DNA of 64,000 nucleotides. It comes from a virus (Duplodnaviria; Heunggongvirae; Uroviricota; Caudoviricetes). Location: the IMG/VR virus record IMGVR_UViG_3300009500_000011, positions 104,585-168,584 of that record; one strand, given 5' to 3'. Shown here in pieces: positions 25,198 to 33,611 of the stretch. Made by a program: the position numbers and the translations under genes. Under the pieces are notes generated by a model. It saw nothing but the letters and a program-made list of their open reading frames with translations, did no database searches and had not been told where the DNA came from. Position 1 is the stretch's first letter. Each line of letters starts with the position of its first letter.

Positions 25198-25274
25198 GGG
25201 ATAGTAGGAGAATTGGCATATCTACCACGTTTAGACCGTGGGTTCTGTGGGTTCAAGTCCCACCTATCCTACCA
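25198..25274 (+). tRNA. type I (5-nt variable loop) tRNA with anticodon TAG
   Basis: Acceptor GGGATAG/CTATCCT, perfect arm CCACG-TTTAGAC-CGTGG, variable GTTCT, T arm GTGGG-TTCAAGT-CCCAC, A73, CCA. Confidence 0.65.
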
Positions 25275-25282
25275 AATATTTA

Positions 25283-25306
25283 AAAGACCTGATATCAGGT
25301 CTTTTA
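25283..25306 (+). terminator. intrinsic terminator after the tRNA pair
   Basis: AAAAGACCTGAT/ATCAGGTCTTTT perfect palindrome. Confidence 0.6.
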
Positions 25307-25329
25307 TCATTCAAAAAGTTTAATTTAAT

Positions 25330-25473
25330 ATGGCAAGAAAAAACATAGATGATATTTATAACGAAAACAATTATGTTCAGAAAAATTATACAGGCAGCGG
25401 TTTTGCCCTTGGTTTAGCCTTGGCGGCGACATGTTTGATAGCGTTGCACCTTCTGGGAGTTAAATTGATTTAA
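25330..25473 (+). CDS. candidate 47-aa membrane-anchored peptide
   Basis: C-terminal hydrophobic stretch GFALGLALAATCLIALHLLGV. Confidence 0.3.
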   Translation: MARKNIDDIYNENNYVQKNYTGSGFALGLALAATCLIALHLLGVKLI

Positions 25474-25587
25474 TATGGTAAGATTAAAATTAAAATGGAA
25501 AATAAAAAAAGATGGATATGGTTTAAAATCATCTTGGAAAAAGAAAAACAAACATAAAAAATCTTTTATTATCTGGAAATAAAAATA

Positions 25588-26253
25588 ATGCCTTTAAAAA
25601 TCGTGTGTATTTCTGATACTCACAATTCATTAAATCAACTTGAACTTAATGGATTAAAAATGCCAGAAGCAGATGTTCTTATACATGCTGGTGATTTAAC
25701 ATTTAAAGGCCAACTTCCAGAAATTTCAAAAGCAAATTATCATTTAGGGAAAATTAAACATAAGTATAAACATGTGGTTTTTGTTCCAGGAAATCATGAT
25801 TTTCTTTTTCAAAAAGATGAAGCAATTGCAAGGGCTGTATTGTCTAATGCAACCGTATTAATTGACCAACCTTTAGAAATTGAAGGTTATAAATTTTACG
25901 GTAGTCCTTGGCAACCCTGGTATCAAGATTGGGCATTTAATTTTAAAAAATATTCAGCAGGAGGAAAAGAACAGTCAATTCGTATTTGGGGAGCTATTCC
26001 TGAAGAGACTGATATTTTAATTACTCATGTCCCGCCATATATGATGATGGATAAAACTGAATATGGTGAAAATATTGGTGATGCTTGGCTTGCTAAACGT
26101 TTGAAAGAACTTCCTAATCTTAAACTTCATGTTTTTGGGCATGTTCATGAAAGATACGGTAAAGTAGAAGCAAAAATTACCTTTGTTAATGCAGCTTCTA
26201 TGAACCGTAGATATAGCATTGTGAATCCACCAATTGTTATAGATTTGCCTTAA
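25588..26253 (+). CDS. metallophosphoesterase (calcineurin-like)
   Basis: Motifs ISDTHN, GDLTFKG, GNHD, GHVHE. Confidence 0.85.
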   Translation: MPLKIVCISDTHNSLNQLELNGLKMPEADVLIHAGDLTFKGQLPEISKANYHLGKIKHKYKHVVFVPGNHDFLFQKDEAIARAVLSNATVLIDQPLEIEGYKFYGSPWQPWYQDWAFNFKKYSAGGKEQSIRIWGAIPEETDILITHVPPYMMMDKTEYGENIGDAWLAKRLKELPNLKLHVFGHVHERYGKVEAKITFVNAASMNRRYSIVNPPIVIDLP

Positions 26254-26262
26254 AATAAGAAT

Positions 26263-26742
26263 ATGGATAACAAAGATTTGGTAGTTCATTGTAAGATAAA
26301 ACCTTACGACGTTTATATTGGGCGAAGCAAAGACCCTAAAAAAGGTAAGTGGGGGAATCCTTATTCTCATGAAGAAGGAACCCTTGCCGAATATAAAGTG
26401 GCAACCCGAGAAGAAGCGGTAGAATGTTTTCGTAAATATTTATTAAAAAATGTCGATTTAATGAAACAAATTTTAACCTTAAAAGGTAAAGTTTTGGGAT
26501 GCTGGTGTAAGCCTAAATCTTGTCATGGAGATATTATTGTAGAATTTATTAATAAAATTGACAATGGTGAATCCTTGTGCGATAATTGTGAAGAGGAAGA
26601 TTGTTATTATTGCAATCTTGGTTGTCCTTGGTGTGGACATGCACACAGTTTAGATGGTTCATGTAAAAATTGTTGGTTAGAAGCATGTCAAATAAATGAT
26701 GAAGAAATGCTTCTAAGAATAAAAGATTTAATACCTAAATAA
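26263..26742 (+). CDS. DUF4326-like protein with C-terminal Cys cluster
   Basis: YIGR....WGNPY...R..A...F..YL......L.GKVLGCWCKPKSCHGD pattern. This is the DUF4326 signature as I recall it. Confidence 0.6.
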   Translation: MDNKDLVVHCKIKPYDVYIGRSKDPKKGKWGNPYSHEEGTLAEYKVATREEAVECFRKYLLKNVDLMKQILTLKGKVLGCWCKPKSCHGDIIVEFINKIDNGESLCDNCEEEDCYYCNLGCPWCGHAHSLDGSCKNCWLEACQINDEEMLLRIKDLIPK

Positions 26743-26746
26743 AATT

Positions 26747-26833
26747 GGCCGAATGGCGGAATTGGTAGACGCGGCAGACTCAAAATCTGTTGTCCGAAAG
26801 GGCGTGTGGGTTCAAGTCCCACTTTGGCCACCA
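26747..26833 (+). tRNA. tRNA-Leu(CAA), type II
   Basis: Acceptor GGCCGAA/TTTGGCC, arm GCAGA-CTCAAAA-TCTGT, variable arm GTCC-GAAA-GGGC, T arm GTGGG-TTCAAGT-CCCAC, A73, CCA. Confidence 0.9.
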
Positions 26834-26862
26834 CAAATTGAATTCTTTAAGAAGAGGAAAAA

Positions 26863-27309
26863 GTGATTAACTTTATTAAAAAGATTTTTAAACTAGGTAG
26901 TACCCAACCGAAGAATATTTCGTCAAATTCAAAACCATCGACAGCGAGTAATTCAATTAATTACAATGTTCATCCCATTGTGATTGAGCGACCTCTTCCG
27001 ACTCCTAAGCCGGTGTATTACGATGATACATCTTCGCAATTAACGAATATGTTGTTAATGGAAGAGATTATTGATTCAAGTTATCAACCTACCACAACGG
27101 TAATTGTAGAACCACCAGCACCTGTTGATAATTACAATAACTATTCGGCACCAGAACCTTCGCCGTCTTCGTCGCCAAGTCCATCATATGATAGCGGTTC
27201 ATCATATTCAGATAGTAGTTATTCGTCGTCTTCTTCATGGTCTTCTTCGTCATATGATAGCGGTAGTAGTAGTTCGTCTTCATCATATGATAGTGGTGGT
27301 GGTTGGTAA
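26863..27309 (+). CDS. Ser/Pro-rich low-complexity protein with SYDSG repeats
   Basis: GTG start. The C-terminal third is about 60 percent Ser, with three SYDSG units. Confidence 0.4.
   Translation: MINFIKKIFKLGSTQPKNISSNSKPSTASNSINYNVHPIVIERPLPTPKPVYYDDTSSQLTNMLLMEEIIDSSYQPTTTVIVEPPAPVDNYNNYSAPEPSPSSSPSPSYDSGSSYSDSSYSSSSSWSSSSYDSGSSSSSSSYDSGGGW
27184..27297 (+). repeat. three copies of a 15-nt unit TCATATGATAG(C/T)GGT within Ser-rich coding sequence
   Basis: Copies at 27184-98, 27250-64 and 27283-97. Each encodes SYDSG. Confidence 0.7.
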
Positions 27310-27320
27310 ATAATAATAAA

Positions 27321-27403
27321 GGGCAAGTGGTGGAACTGGTATACACGTATGTCTAAGAAGCATATGCGAAAGCATGTGGGTTCGAGTCCCACCTTGCCCA
27401 CCA
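27321..27403 (+). tRNA. tRNA-Leu(AAG), type II, A34
   Basis: Acceptor GGGCAAG/CTTGCCC, arm TATGT-CTAAGAA-GCATA, variable arm TGC-GAAA-GCA, T arm GTGGG-TTCGAGT-CCCAC, A73, CCA. Confidence 0.75.
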
Positions 27404-27428
27404 TAATTTAAGGGAATATAAATCTTTG

Positions 27429-27881
27429 ATGTTAGATGATTTAATTACGCCACTTAATTCTTTTCAAGAATTAAAAAATATTCTTGAAGAAAATCCTAGA
27501 CTACATTATAGCAAAGGTTATGCAGGTAATATTTCTACGATACCTGGTCCTGTAATTCTTTATCCAATTATTGGTGTGGTTAGAAATAAGGCTAATTGGC
27601 GTTTGATAAATGGCAAAATTTATGGCGGAGAAATTTTAATAAAAGTTTTTGCAGAAGTCGATTATACAACTACTGTTTATCCTTTAGATTATTTACTTGA
27701 TGATTTAAATGAACTTACTCTTGAAGAATTAGCACGACCTATTTTGATTTCTCCATGTAAGAGAAATCAAAATATCGAAGAAGTCACTCTATATGCAGAG
27801 TGTGCAGGAATTTTAACTCGACCAGATGAATTTGATACCAACCTATATTTAGGTTTTGGAAAATTGCCAGAAATCATATAA
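27429..27881 (+). CDS. hypothetical protein
   Basis: Intact ORF in the tiling (ATG one codon after the TTG at 27426). Confidence 0.4.
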   Translation: MLDDLITPLNSFQELKNILEENPRLHYSKGYAGNISTIPGPVILYPIIGVVRNKANWRLINGKIYGGEILIKVFAEVDYTTTVYPLDYLLDDLNELTLEELARPILISPCKRNQNIEEVTLYAECAGILTRPDEFDTNLYLGFGKLPEII

Positions 27882-27889
27882 TGAAATTT

Positions 27890-27979
27890 GGGGATATGGT
27901 GAAATTGGTCAGACACAACAGGCTTAAACCCTGTCGGGCGTTATATCCCATGTCGGTTCGAATCCGACTATCCCTACCA
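27890..27979 (+). tRNA. tRNA-Leu(TAA), type II
   Basis: Acceptor GGGGATA/TATCCCT, arm ACAGG-CTTAAAC-CCTGT, long variable arm, T arm GTCGG-TTCGAAT-CCGAC, A73, CCA. Confidence 0.85.
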
Positions 27980-27987
27980 ATTAAATA

Positions 27988-28155
27988 ATGAAATGCATTG
28001 AAAACACTAAATCCTGTAGTAATATAATTTTTACTTGCAGGATTTGTAATAATAAGAATTGTTTTATTCATTCTAATTTGCTTCATTGGTCAACAATGAA
28101 AGCGATTTGTTTGCATTGTCAAAAGGAAAAGAAGAGTAATGATGCACAATTATAA
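27988..28155 (+). CDS. candidate 55-aa zinc-ribbon protein
   Basis: C..C/CRIC...CLHC motifs; below the ORF-track cutoff. Confidence 0.3.
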   Translation: MKCIENTKSCSNIIFTCRICNNKNCFIHSNLLHWSTMKAICLHCQKEKKSNDAQL

Positions 28156-28615
28156 AGTGTCAGAAAAATATTGGGCGCAATTTGATACTGATGAGAAACT
28201 TATAGAATTTGCGTATAGTCGTCTTTTAAAATATTCTTTAAAAGATTTAAATAAATTAGCGCGCGAATGGTTATCCGAGATTGGTGCCATTGAAGGTAAA
28301 GAATTTTATATAGAATATATTATTGAAAATAATATTGATACTGATGATGTTGAATATCATGAACTAGATACACTTGATAAATGGGATTTAGAAGATTACA
28401 TCGTTTCAGATATGTATTTTTATACACCTTCTGATGTTGTTCTTTGGTTAAAAGATACAAATTATTTTAATCTTGATAAAGAAATTCTTCGTAGTGAACT
28501 TATTGCTTTTGTAGAAAATACTTTTAGCGATTTTGATGATTGGCCAGATGAACAATCTATAATTGAAGTGTTCAAGAACCCTAATCAATTAGAATTTAAT
28601 TTTGATGAAATATAA
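28139..28615 (+). CDS. hypothetical acidic protein
   Basis: Intact ORF in the tiling. Confidence 0.4.
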   Translation: MMHNYKVSEKYWAQFDTDEKLIEFAYSRLLKYSLKDLNKLAREWLSEIGAIEGKEFYIEYIIENNIDTDDVEYHELDTLDKWDLEDYIVSDMYFYTPSDVVLWLKDTNYFNLDKEILRSELIAFVENTFSDFDDWPDEQSIIEVFKNPNQLEFNFDEI

Positions 28616-28862
28616 AACCATAAAATACTTTGATTGTCAAGATATGCCTGAAAAAGTAAAAGAGGCATTTTTTAATACTTTTGAAATTTTTGAAAAATAT
28701 TATCCAAATAATATCATTATTGAATGGTTTGAAGAATATTCAAAAAGTGGATTTAAAAAACAATTTCCAAATAATGCTGATAATTTAAACAAAGTAAATC
28801 TTTGGTTGAAAAAAAATGGAGCATTACCTGGAGAATTAGTATTAATTAAACATTGGTGGTAA
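28602..28862 (+). CDS. hypothetical protein
   Basis: Intact ORF in the tiling. Confidence 0.4.
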   Translation: MMKYKTIKYFDCQDMPEKVKEAFFNTFEIFEKYYPNNIIIEWFEEYSKSGFKKQFPNNADNLNKVNLWLKKNGALPGELVLIKHWW

Positions 28863-28864
28863 AT

Positions 28865-29404
28865 ATGTCTAAAGAAATTTTAACCGTGTATTTAGCCGGT
28901 CGTATAGATGGTATTAGTGCAGATAGAGCAACAAATTGGCGCGATGAAGCATTAAAGTTACTTGCAAAAAATAAATTTGCAGGTCTTTGTCCTATTACTC
29001 ATGGTGTTGATTTAGAACTTAACTCTGGTGTTCCCGCCGATTTGACTAAACCAGAAATACATAATAAAATTTTTGAAATAGATTTAGATTTAATTTTTAG
29101 AAGCGATGCAGTTATTGCAAATATGGAATATATATCGTTTGGAACCGCACAAGAAATATTTTATGCAGATAAAATATTAAATATTCCTGTAATTGCATTT
29201 AATAATAAAAGTTGCACTTCTGCTTTTCTTTATGCAACAACTTACAAAATAGTTGACACATTAGAAGATGCTATTGAAGTGTTAAAAACATTAAATAAAA
29301 AATCAGAAATGTTAACAATTGGTGGTTTAAGAGAAGTTCTTTGGAGTACAAGAGAGACATACGATATTCCTTTAGAAAAACTAAAAAAACGTAATTCTTT
29401 TTAA
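28865..29404 (+). CDS. nucleoside 2-deoxyribosyltransferase-like protein
   Basis: N-terminal VYLAGRIDG....W motif typical of the NDT-like fold. By-eye call. Confidence 0.45.
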   Translation: MSKEILTVYLAGRIDGISADRATNWRDEALKLLAKNKFAGLCPITHGVDLELNSGVPADLTKPEIHNKIFEIDLDLIFRSDAVIANMEYISFGTAQEIFYADKILNIPVIAFNNKSCTSAFLYATTYKIVDTLEDAIEVLKTLNKKSEMLTIGGLREVLWSTRETYDIPLEKLKKRNSF

Positions 29405-29408
29405 AAAT

Positions 29409-29609
29409 ATGGGTTGTTTTGATGACTTTCAAGCATATTATAATGCTATATGTCCTAACTGTGACCCCGATGATATTCATGAAAATTTCGCATCTTTGCA
29501 TCAACGATGTTTTGAATATTACACATCCTTAATAATTATGCGTTTAGATTATGGCCTTCATATGAATATCCTAAATCTTATACTAGGATTAGAAGATTTA
29601 GGATATTAG
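29409..29609 (+). CDS. hypothetical small protein
   Basis: 66-aa ORF. Confidence 0.3.
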   Translation: MGCFDDFQAYYNAICPNCDPDDIHENFASLHQRCFEYYTSLIIMRLDYGLHMNILNLILGLEDLGY

Positions 29610-29622
29610 GAACAATTCTCGT

Positions 29623-29651
29623 TTGACTTTTCTTTCTAAATATGTTATCAT
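29623..29651 (+). promoter_or_regulatory. sigma70-type promoter
   Basis: TTGACT-17 nt-TATCAT upstream of the PPP phosphatase. Confidence 0.5.
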
Positions 29652-29682
29652 ATAAGGGTAATATAAAAAAAGGAAAAGAAAA

Positions 29683-30408
29683 ATGATTAATACATATGTT
29701 GTAGGGGACGTACACGGTTGCTACGATTCTCTAATCGAATTACTAGAATTGGTTAATTTTAATGTTGACCGAGATATGTTAATAAGTGTTGGCGACCTTG
29801 TAGATAAGGGTCCAAAAACCAAGGAAGTTTTAGACTTCTTTATGAAGTATGGTTATCCTGTGGTTAGAGGCAATCATGAAGATAAGATTGCTCGTCTTGC
29901 CAAGGGAAACAAGATTAAGATTAACTCTGAAATTCAAGATACTGTTGAACAACTTGGAGAAGGTTGGCAGGAAACGTATGGCCTATTTCTTCAATCAATG
30001 CCATTATATCTTCCGTTTGAAGATGCTTTGGGTAAGGGATATATTGTCCACGGTGGCGTTGCACCAGACCTTCCTATCGAAAGGCAAAGTTCTAATTTCT
30101 TAATGCGTCTTAGAACGTGGCCTTTTGAAGAATATGTACGTGGGGTAGAGGCAACTCAACCTCCTTGGCAGACTGAATATAGAGGTCACTTAGGAACAAT
30201 ACTTCACGGGCATATTCCAAGTGCAGGCGTAATGTATGCAGGTTCTGAAAAGCATGGAAATCCCAATGTATATTCATTGGATGGTGGATGTGTTTACGGG
30301 AATGACCGTCCTTGGGGCGGTAGTCTTCGGGCTATTAAACTTGATACTAGAGAGATTTTCTCTGTTCCCGGTAATCAAGAACAAACAGAACATTATAACA
30401 GTTTGTGA
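29683..30408 (+). CDS. PPP-family Ser/Thr phosphatase / ApaH-like diadenosine tetraphosphatase
   Basis: GDVHGC, GDLVDKGP, RGNHE motifs (lambda-phosphatase/ApaH family). Confidence 0.85.
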   Translation: MINTYVVGDVHGCYDSLIELLELVNFNVDRDMLISVGDLVDKGPKTKEVLDFFMKYGYPVVRGNHEDKIARLAKGNKIKINSEIQDTVEQLGEGWQETYGLFLQSMPLYLPFEDALGKGYIVHGGVAPDLPIERQSSNFLMRLRTWPFEEYVRGVEATQPPWQTEYRGHLGTILHGHIPSAGVMYAGSEKHGNPNVYSLDGGCVYGNDRPWGGSLRAIKLDTREIFSVPGNQEQTEHYNSL

Positions 30409-30420
30409 AATAATCACAAA

Positions 30421-30462
30421 TTGACAAAACAATAGCCTACATTGTAATATATGTAGGCTATT
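30421..30462 (+). promoter_or_regulatory. promoter overlapped by an 11-12 bp perfect inverted repeat
   Basis: TTGACA-18 nt-TAATAT. Inverted repeat AATAGCCTACAT (30431-42) / ATGTAGGCTATT (30451-62) brackets the -10 and abuts the ATG at 30463. No RBS is visible. Confidence 0.5.
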
Positions 30463-30888
30463 ATGTTTTCTGAAGAACTTGCCACTTTACCTTTTGGTTT
30501 GAAGATGGCTCAAAAAGTATTTCAAAATACTCCTGATAAAAAGAAGCGGGTAACTGCTTGTTTTGTGAAAGGAGGTTTATTTCTTGCTGACACCAATCAA
30601 TTTAAGACCGACCCTACAGGCCATAAATTGAATAGTCGGGGTTGTCGCCTTCATGCTGAAATGAAAGTTCTAAAAAGACTTCGTTTCCAAGAAACAAATG
30701 GTGGCAAGTTGTTTGTTTATAGAGAAGATATGTCCGGTGCAATTAAAAATGCCAGGCCGTGTCGTGCTTGTAGAAAAATGATAGTAGAATGTGGAATTAA
30801 CACAGTTTACTATACAATAGAAGAAGGATACATAAAAGAGAAGATAAACAACTCAGCAGATTATATAGGCTCAGATAATGAATATTGA
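30463..30888 (+). CDS. CDA-fold zinc deaminase (dCMP/cytidine/tRNA-adenosine deaminase-like)
   Basis: HAEM...(about 35 aa)...PCRACRKMI zinc-binding signature. Substrate cannot be told from the sequence alone. Confidence 0.8.
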   Translation: MFSEELATLPFGLKMAQKVFQNTPDKKKRVTACFVKGGLFLADTNQFKTDPTGHKLNSRGCRLHAEMKVLKRLRFQETNGGKLFVYREDMSGAIKNARPCRACRKMIVECGINTVYYTIEEGYIKEKINNSADYIGSDNEY

Positions 30889-31186
30889 TGATAAGTGCGA
30901 AACATGCGATGGTAAAGGTACATGGGAAGTACCCTGGGATGAAGTTGATGATGCAACCAAGGCTATGCTTGGTGGCATTGATGACTTGATAAGTAAATTT
31001 CCTGGTTCTAAATTGGGTCCATTAGTTTATAATTGTCCTGATTGTCAACAAACTGGTTCGCAAGCCGTTCGAGAACAATGGTCAATAAATCGTTTAGACC
31101 CTAAAAAACATGAGTATGTTTTTCAATGTACTGATGGTGACCCTTGTTGGGAATGTAAAGCAGAGAAAAAAGAGCATTTAAAATGA
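30878..31186 (+). CDS. small zinc-binding protein (DnaJ-type CxxCxG-like)
   Basis: CETCDGKG and CPDCQQTG motifs. Confidence 0.4.
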   Translation: MNIDDKCETCDGKGTWEVPWDEVDDATKAMLGGIDDLISKFPGSKLGPLVYNCPDCQQTGSQAVREQWSINRLDPKKHEYVFQCTDGDPCWECKAEKKEHLK

Positions 31187-32001
31187 TTGATTATACAACA
31201 AAACCGGATTTAGGAAAATTATCTGAATCAGAATTTTTTGATTTAGATAATCCGCCTTTTGATATTCAAAAACATTGTTTATATTCAGTCATATCTGGTT
31301 CAAAAGCATATGGATTAGATACGCCTACAAGCGATACTGATATTCGTGGAGTTGTATATTTACCAGAAAGAATGTTGCTTGGTTTAGGTAGATTTGAACA
31401 AATTGAAAATCAAAGCAAAGATATTTGTTATTACAGTCTACAAAAACTTTTTAATTTGGCATTAAAAAATAATGTTCATGCAATGGAAATGCTTTGGATG
31501 CCAAAAAGAACGGTTAACTTTATACATCCTTTATTTGAGCAAGTTCTAGATAATAAAAATTTATTTATGTCTAAACGCATTGCATATACTTGTGGTGGAT
31601 ATGCTTTCCAACAAGTTAAGGTTGCCTTTACAAAGATGAAAAATAAGACTGGTAGAGTTAGTTTATTAGAACAATTTGGCTATGATACTAAATTTATGAG
31701 TCATAGTATTCGTATTTATAGAATGGCCCGTGAAGCATTAGAAACAGGTTTTCTAAATGTCTATCGACCTGATAGAGAGTTTTTACTTGATGTTAAGGTT
31801 GGTAAATATAAACTTGAAGATATTGTTGTTATGGGTAAAAATTCAGAAGGTAAAGATACTTTTGTTGGTGGATTATTAGCAGAAGAATTGCGACTTTTTA
31901 ATGAAGCACTTGCAAAAACAAAATTACCAACCGACCCTCCTTTCCAAAAAATTGAAAATCTTTTAATTAAAGTTCAAAAAGAAGCTTTATCTTTTAATTA
32001 A
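31183..32001 (+). CDS. Pol-beta superfamily nucleotidyltransferase (RlaP/PF10127-like)
   Basis: ISGSKAYGLDTPTSDTDIRGV matches the GS..YG......SD.D..G NTase signature. This family is often annotated as RNA-repair associated. Confidence 0.7.
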   Translation: MIDYTTKPDLGKLSESEFFDLDNPPFDIQKHCLYSVISGSKAYGLDTPTSDTDIRGVVYLPERMLLGLGRFEQIENQSKDICYYSLQKLFNLALKNNVHAMEMLWMPKRTVNFIHPLFEQVLDNKNLFMSKRIAYTCGGYAFQQVKVAFTKMKNKTGRVSLLEQFGYDTKFMSHSIRIYRMAREALETGFLNVYRPDREFLLDVKVGKYKLEDIVVMGKNSEGKDTFVGGLLAEELRLFNEALAKTKLPTDPPFQKIENLLIKVQKEALSFN

Positions 32002-32003
32002 CC

Positions 32004-32321
32004 ATGCCTTTTTCCCGAATAAATAGTATTTCTGATTTAGAATATCTTCCCAAGTTTAATAAAGCAATTCAACAACGATATAATAAGAATGCTGTTGGAA
32101 TTACTATTTATCATTCTTATTCTGATTTGAATAAACTAGAAATAGTTTTTGATTTCAGAATCGTTAAAAGAGAAAATATTAAATTAATAAAAAGATTACC
32201 TTTTTGTATATTGAAGGATAATTGTGCAAAAACAGCCAATTTAGTTTCTTTTGTAGACGAAGCAAGAGAAGAATTAGAACAGAATTTCTTTGAGAAAGCA
32301 CATTTTAGTGTATTTGAGTAA
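32004..32321 (+). CDS. hypothetical protein
   Basis: Intact ORF in the tiling. Confidence 0.4.
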   Translation: MPFSRINSISDLEYLPKFNKAIQQRYNKNAVGITIYHSYSDLNKLEIVFDFRIVKRENIKLIKRLPFCILKDNCAKTANLVSFVDEAREELEQNFFEKAHFSVFE

Positions 32322-32324
32322 TTG

Positions 32325-33611
32325 ATGAGTTTTGATATAACACCAGTAACAACATTTATAAAATCAAATCCTTGGGTAATTGGAGGATTTTCTTTTATCG
32401 CAGGCGGAAGTTTTGTTGCAGCAATAAAAGAAATTCCTATTGCTATTTTTCAAGGTATTCGTCGTCAATGTATTCTTAGTTTAGATATTACTGATGAAAC
32501 AGAATTATATAATATTGTTCTTGAATGGTTAAATGACCATCAATATTCAAAAAAAACAAGACTTGTTACTGCTAATATTGACGACGATGACGACGATGAT
32601 AACAGACCTGGAACAAGTTATTCTTCTAATAAAAAGCAAAATGTTTATAATTTAAAAATGACACCTGCTCCGGGTAATCATTTTATTTGGCATAAACGTA
32701 AATTGATTTGGATGAATAGATATCGTCGTCCCTCTAATGCTGGTAATCACAAAAGTTATGTTCAAGGTTTCGAGATTGTTTGTGTAGGTAGAAATCAGAA
32801 ATTTCTTCGTACTTTTCTTGAAGAAATAATAAAATCTTATGCAGAAAAACATGAAGATAAAATTTCACTTCATGCCAATGTTGATGGAAGTTGGCGTTTG
32901 GTTAAAGAATTACCACAACGTGAACTTTCAAGTGTTATTTTAAAAGAAAATGAAATGGAAAATATTATAAATGATTTAACTGAATTTCAATCTAATGAAG
33001 AATGGTATCATAAATTAGGTATACCCTATCATAGAGGTTATCTTTTATATGGTTTGCCTGGAACAGGAAAATCAAGTTTAATTCAAGTCTTAGCACAAAA
33101 TTTTAAGAAAAATCTGTATGTTATCAATCTATGTGAAAAATATATGAGTGATGCTACATTAACTAATCTTATTTTGAGAATGCCTCATAGTTCTTTTCTA
33201 TTATTAGAAGATATTGATGCTGTTTTTAAATCTAGAGAAGAAATTCAAAATAAAACAGATTATCAAGGTGATGATAGCGAAGTAACCCTTTCTGGTTTGT
33301 TAAATGTATTAGATGGCGTAGTTGCTAAATCTGGTATTATCACATTTATGACAACAAATTATAAAGAAAAATTAGATACAGCATTAATTCGCCCAGGTCG
33401 TATAGACTATGAGTTGGAATTTACTTATGCAGATAAATTTCAGTTTAAAAAAATGTTTGAACGATTTTATCCAAATGCTGGAAAATCAGAAATGACAGAA
33501 CTTTTAAAAATAATTCAAGATAAACAAATGACAATGGCACAAATTCAAATGATTTTCTTAAAGAATAAAGACAATCCAAAAGGCGCAATAAAGGATATTG
33601 CAAAAATATGA
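32325..33611 (+). CDS. BCS1-like AAA+ ATPase with N-terminal TM segment
   Basis: N-terminal hydrophobic helix. GYLLYGLPGTGKSS, LLLEDIDAVF, LSGLLNVLDG, TTNYKEKLDTALIRPGRID. These are the typical BCS1-clade motifs. Confidence 0.85.
   Translation: MSFDITPVTTFIKSNPWVIGGFSFIAGGSFVAAIKEIPIAIFQGIRRQCILSLDITDETELYNIVLEWLNDHQYSKKTRLVTANIDDDDDDDNRPGTSYSSNKKQNVYNLKMTPAPGNHFIWHKRKLIWMNRYRRPSNAGNHKSYVQGFEIVCVGRNQKFLRTFLEEIIKSYAEKHEDKISLHANVDGSWRLVKELPQRELSSVILKENEMENIINDLTEFQSNEEWYHKLGIPYHRGYLLYGLPGTGKSSLIQVLAQNFKKNLYVINLCEKYMSDATLTNLILRMPHSSFLLLEDIDAVFKSREEIQNKTDYQGDDSEVTLSGLLNVLDGVVAKSGIITFMTTNYKEKLDTALIRPGRIDYELEFTYADKFQFKKMFERFYPNAGKSEMTELLKIIQDKQMTMAQIQMIFLKNKDNPKGAIKDIAKI

Noticed and set aside
25198-25274. 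Amber-suppressor tRNA interpretation of the TAG-containing anticodon loop
   Set aside because: The loop reads 5'-TT-TAG-AC-3', so the anticodon is UAG and pairs with CUA/CUG. It is not CUA pairing with the UAG stop. No in-frame stop-codon recoding is apparent in the ORFs.
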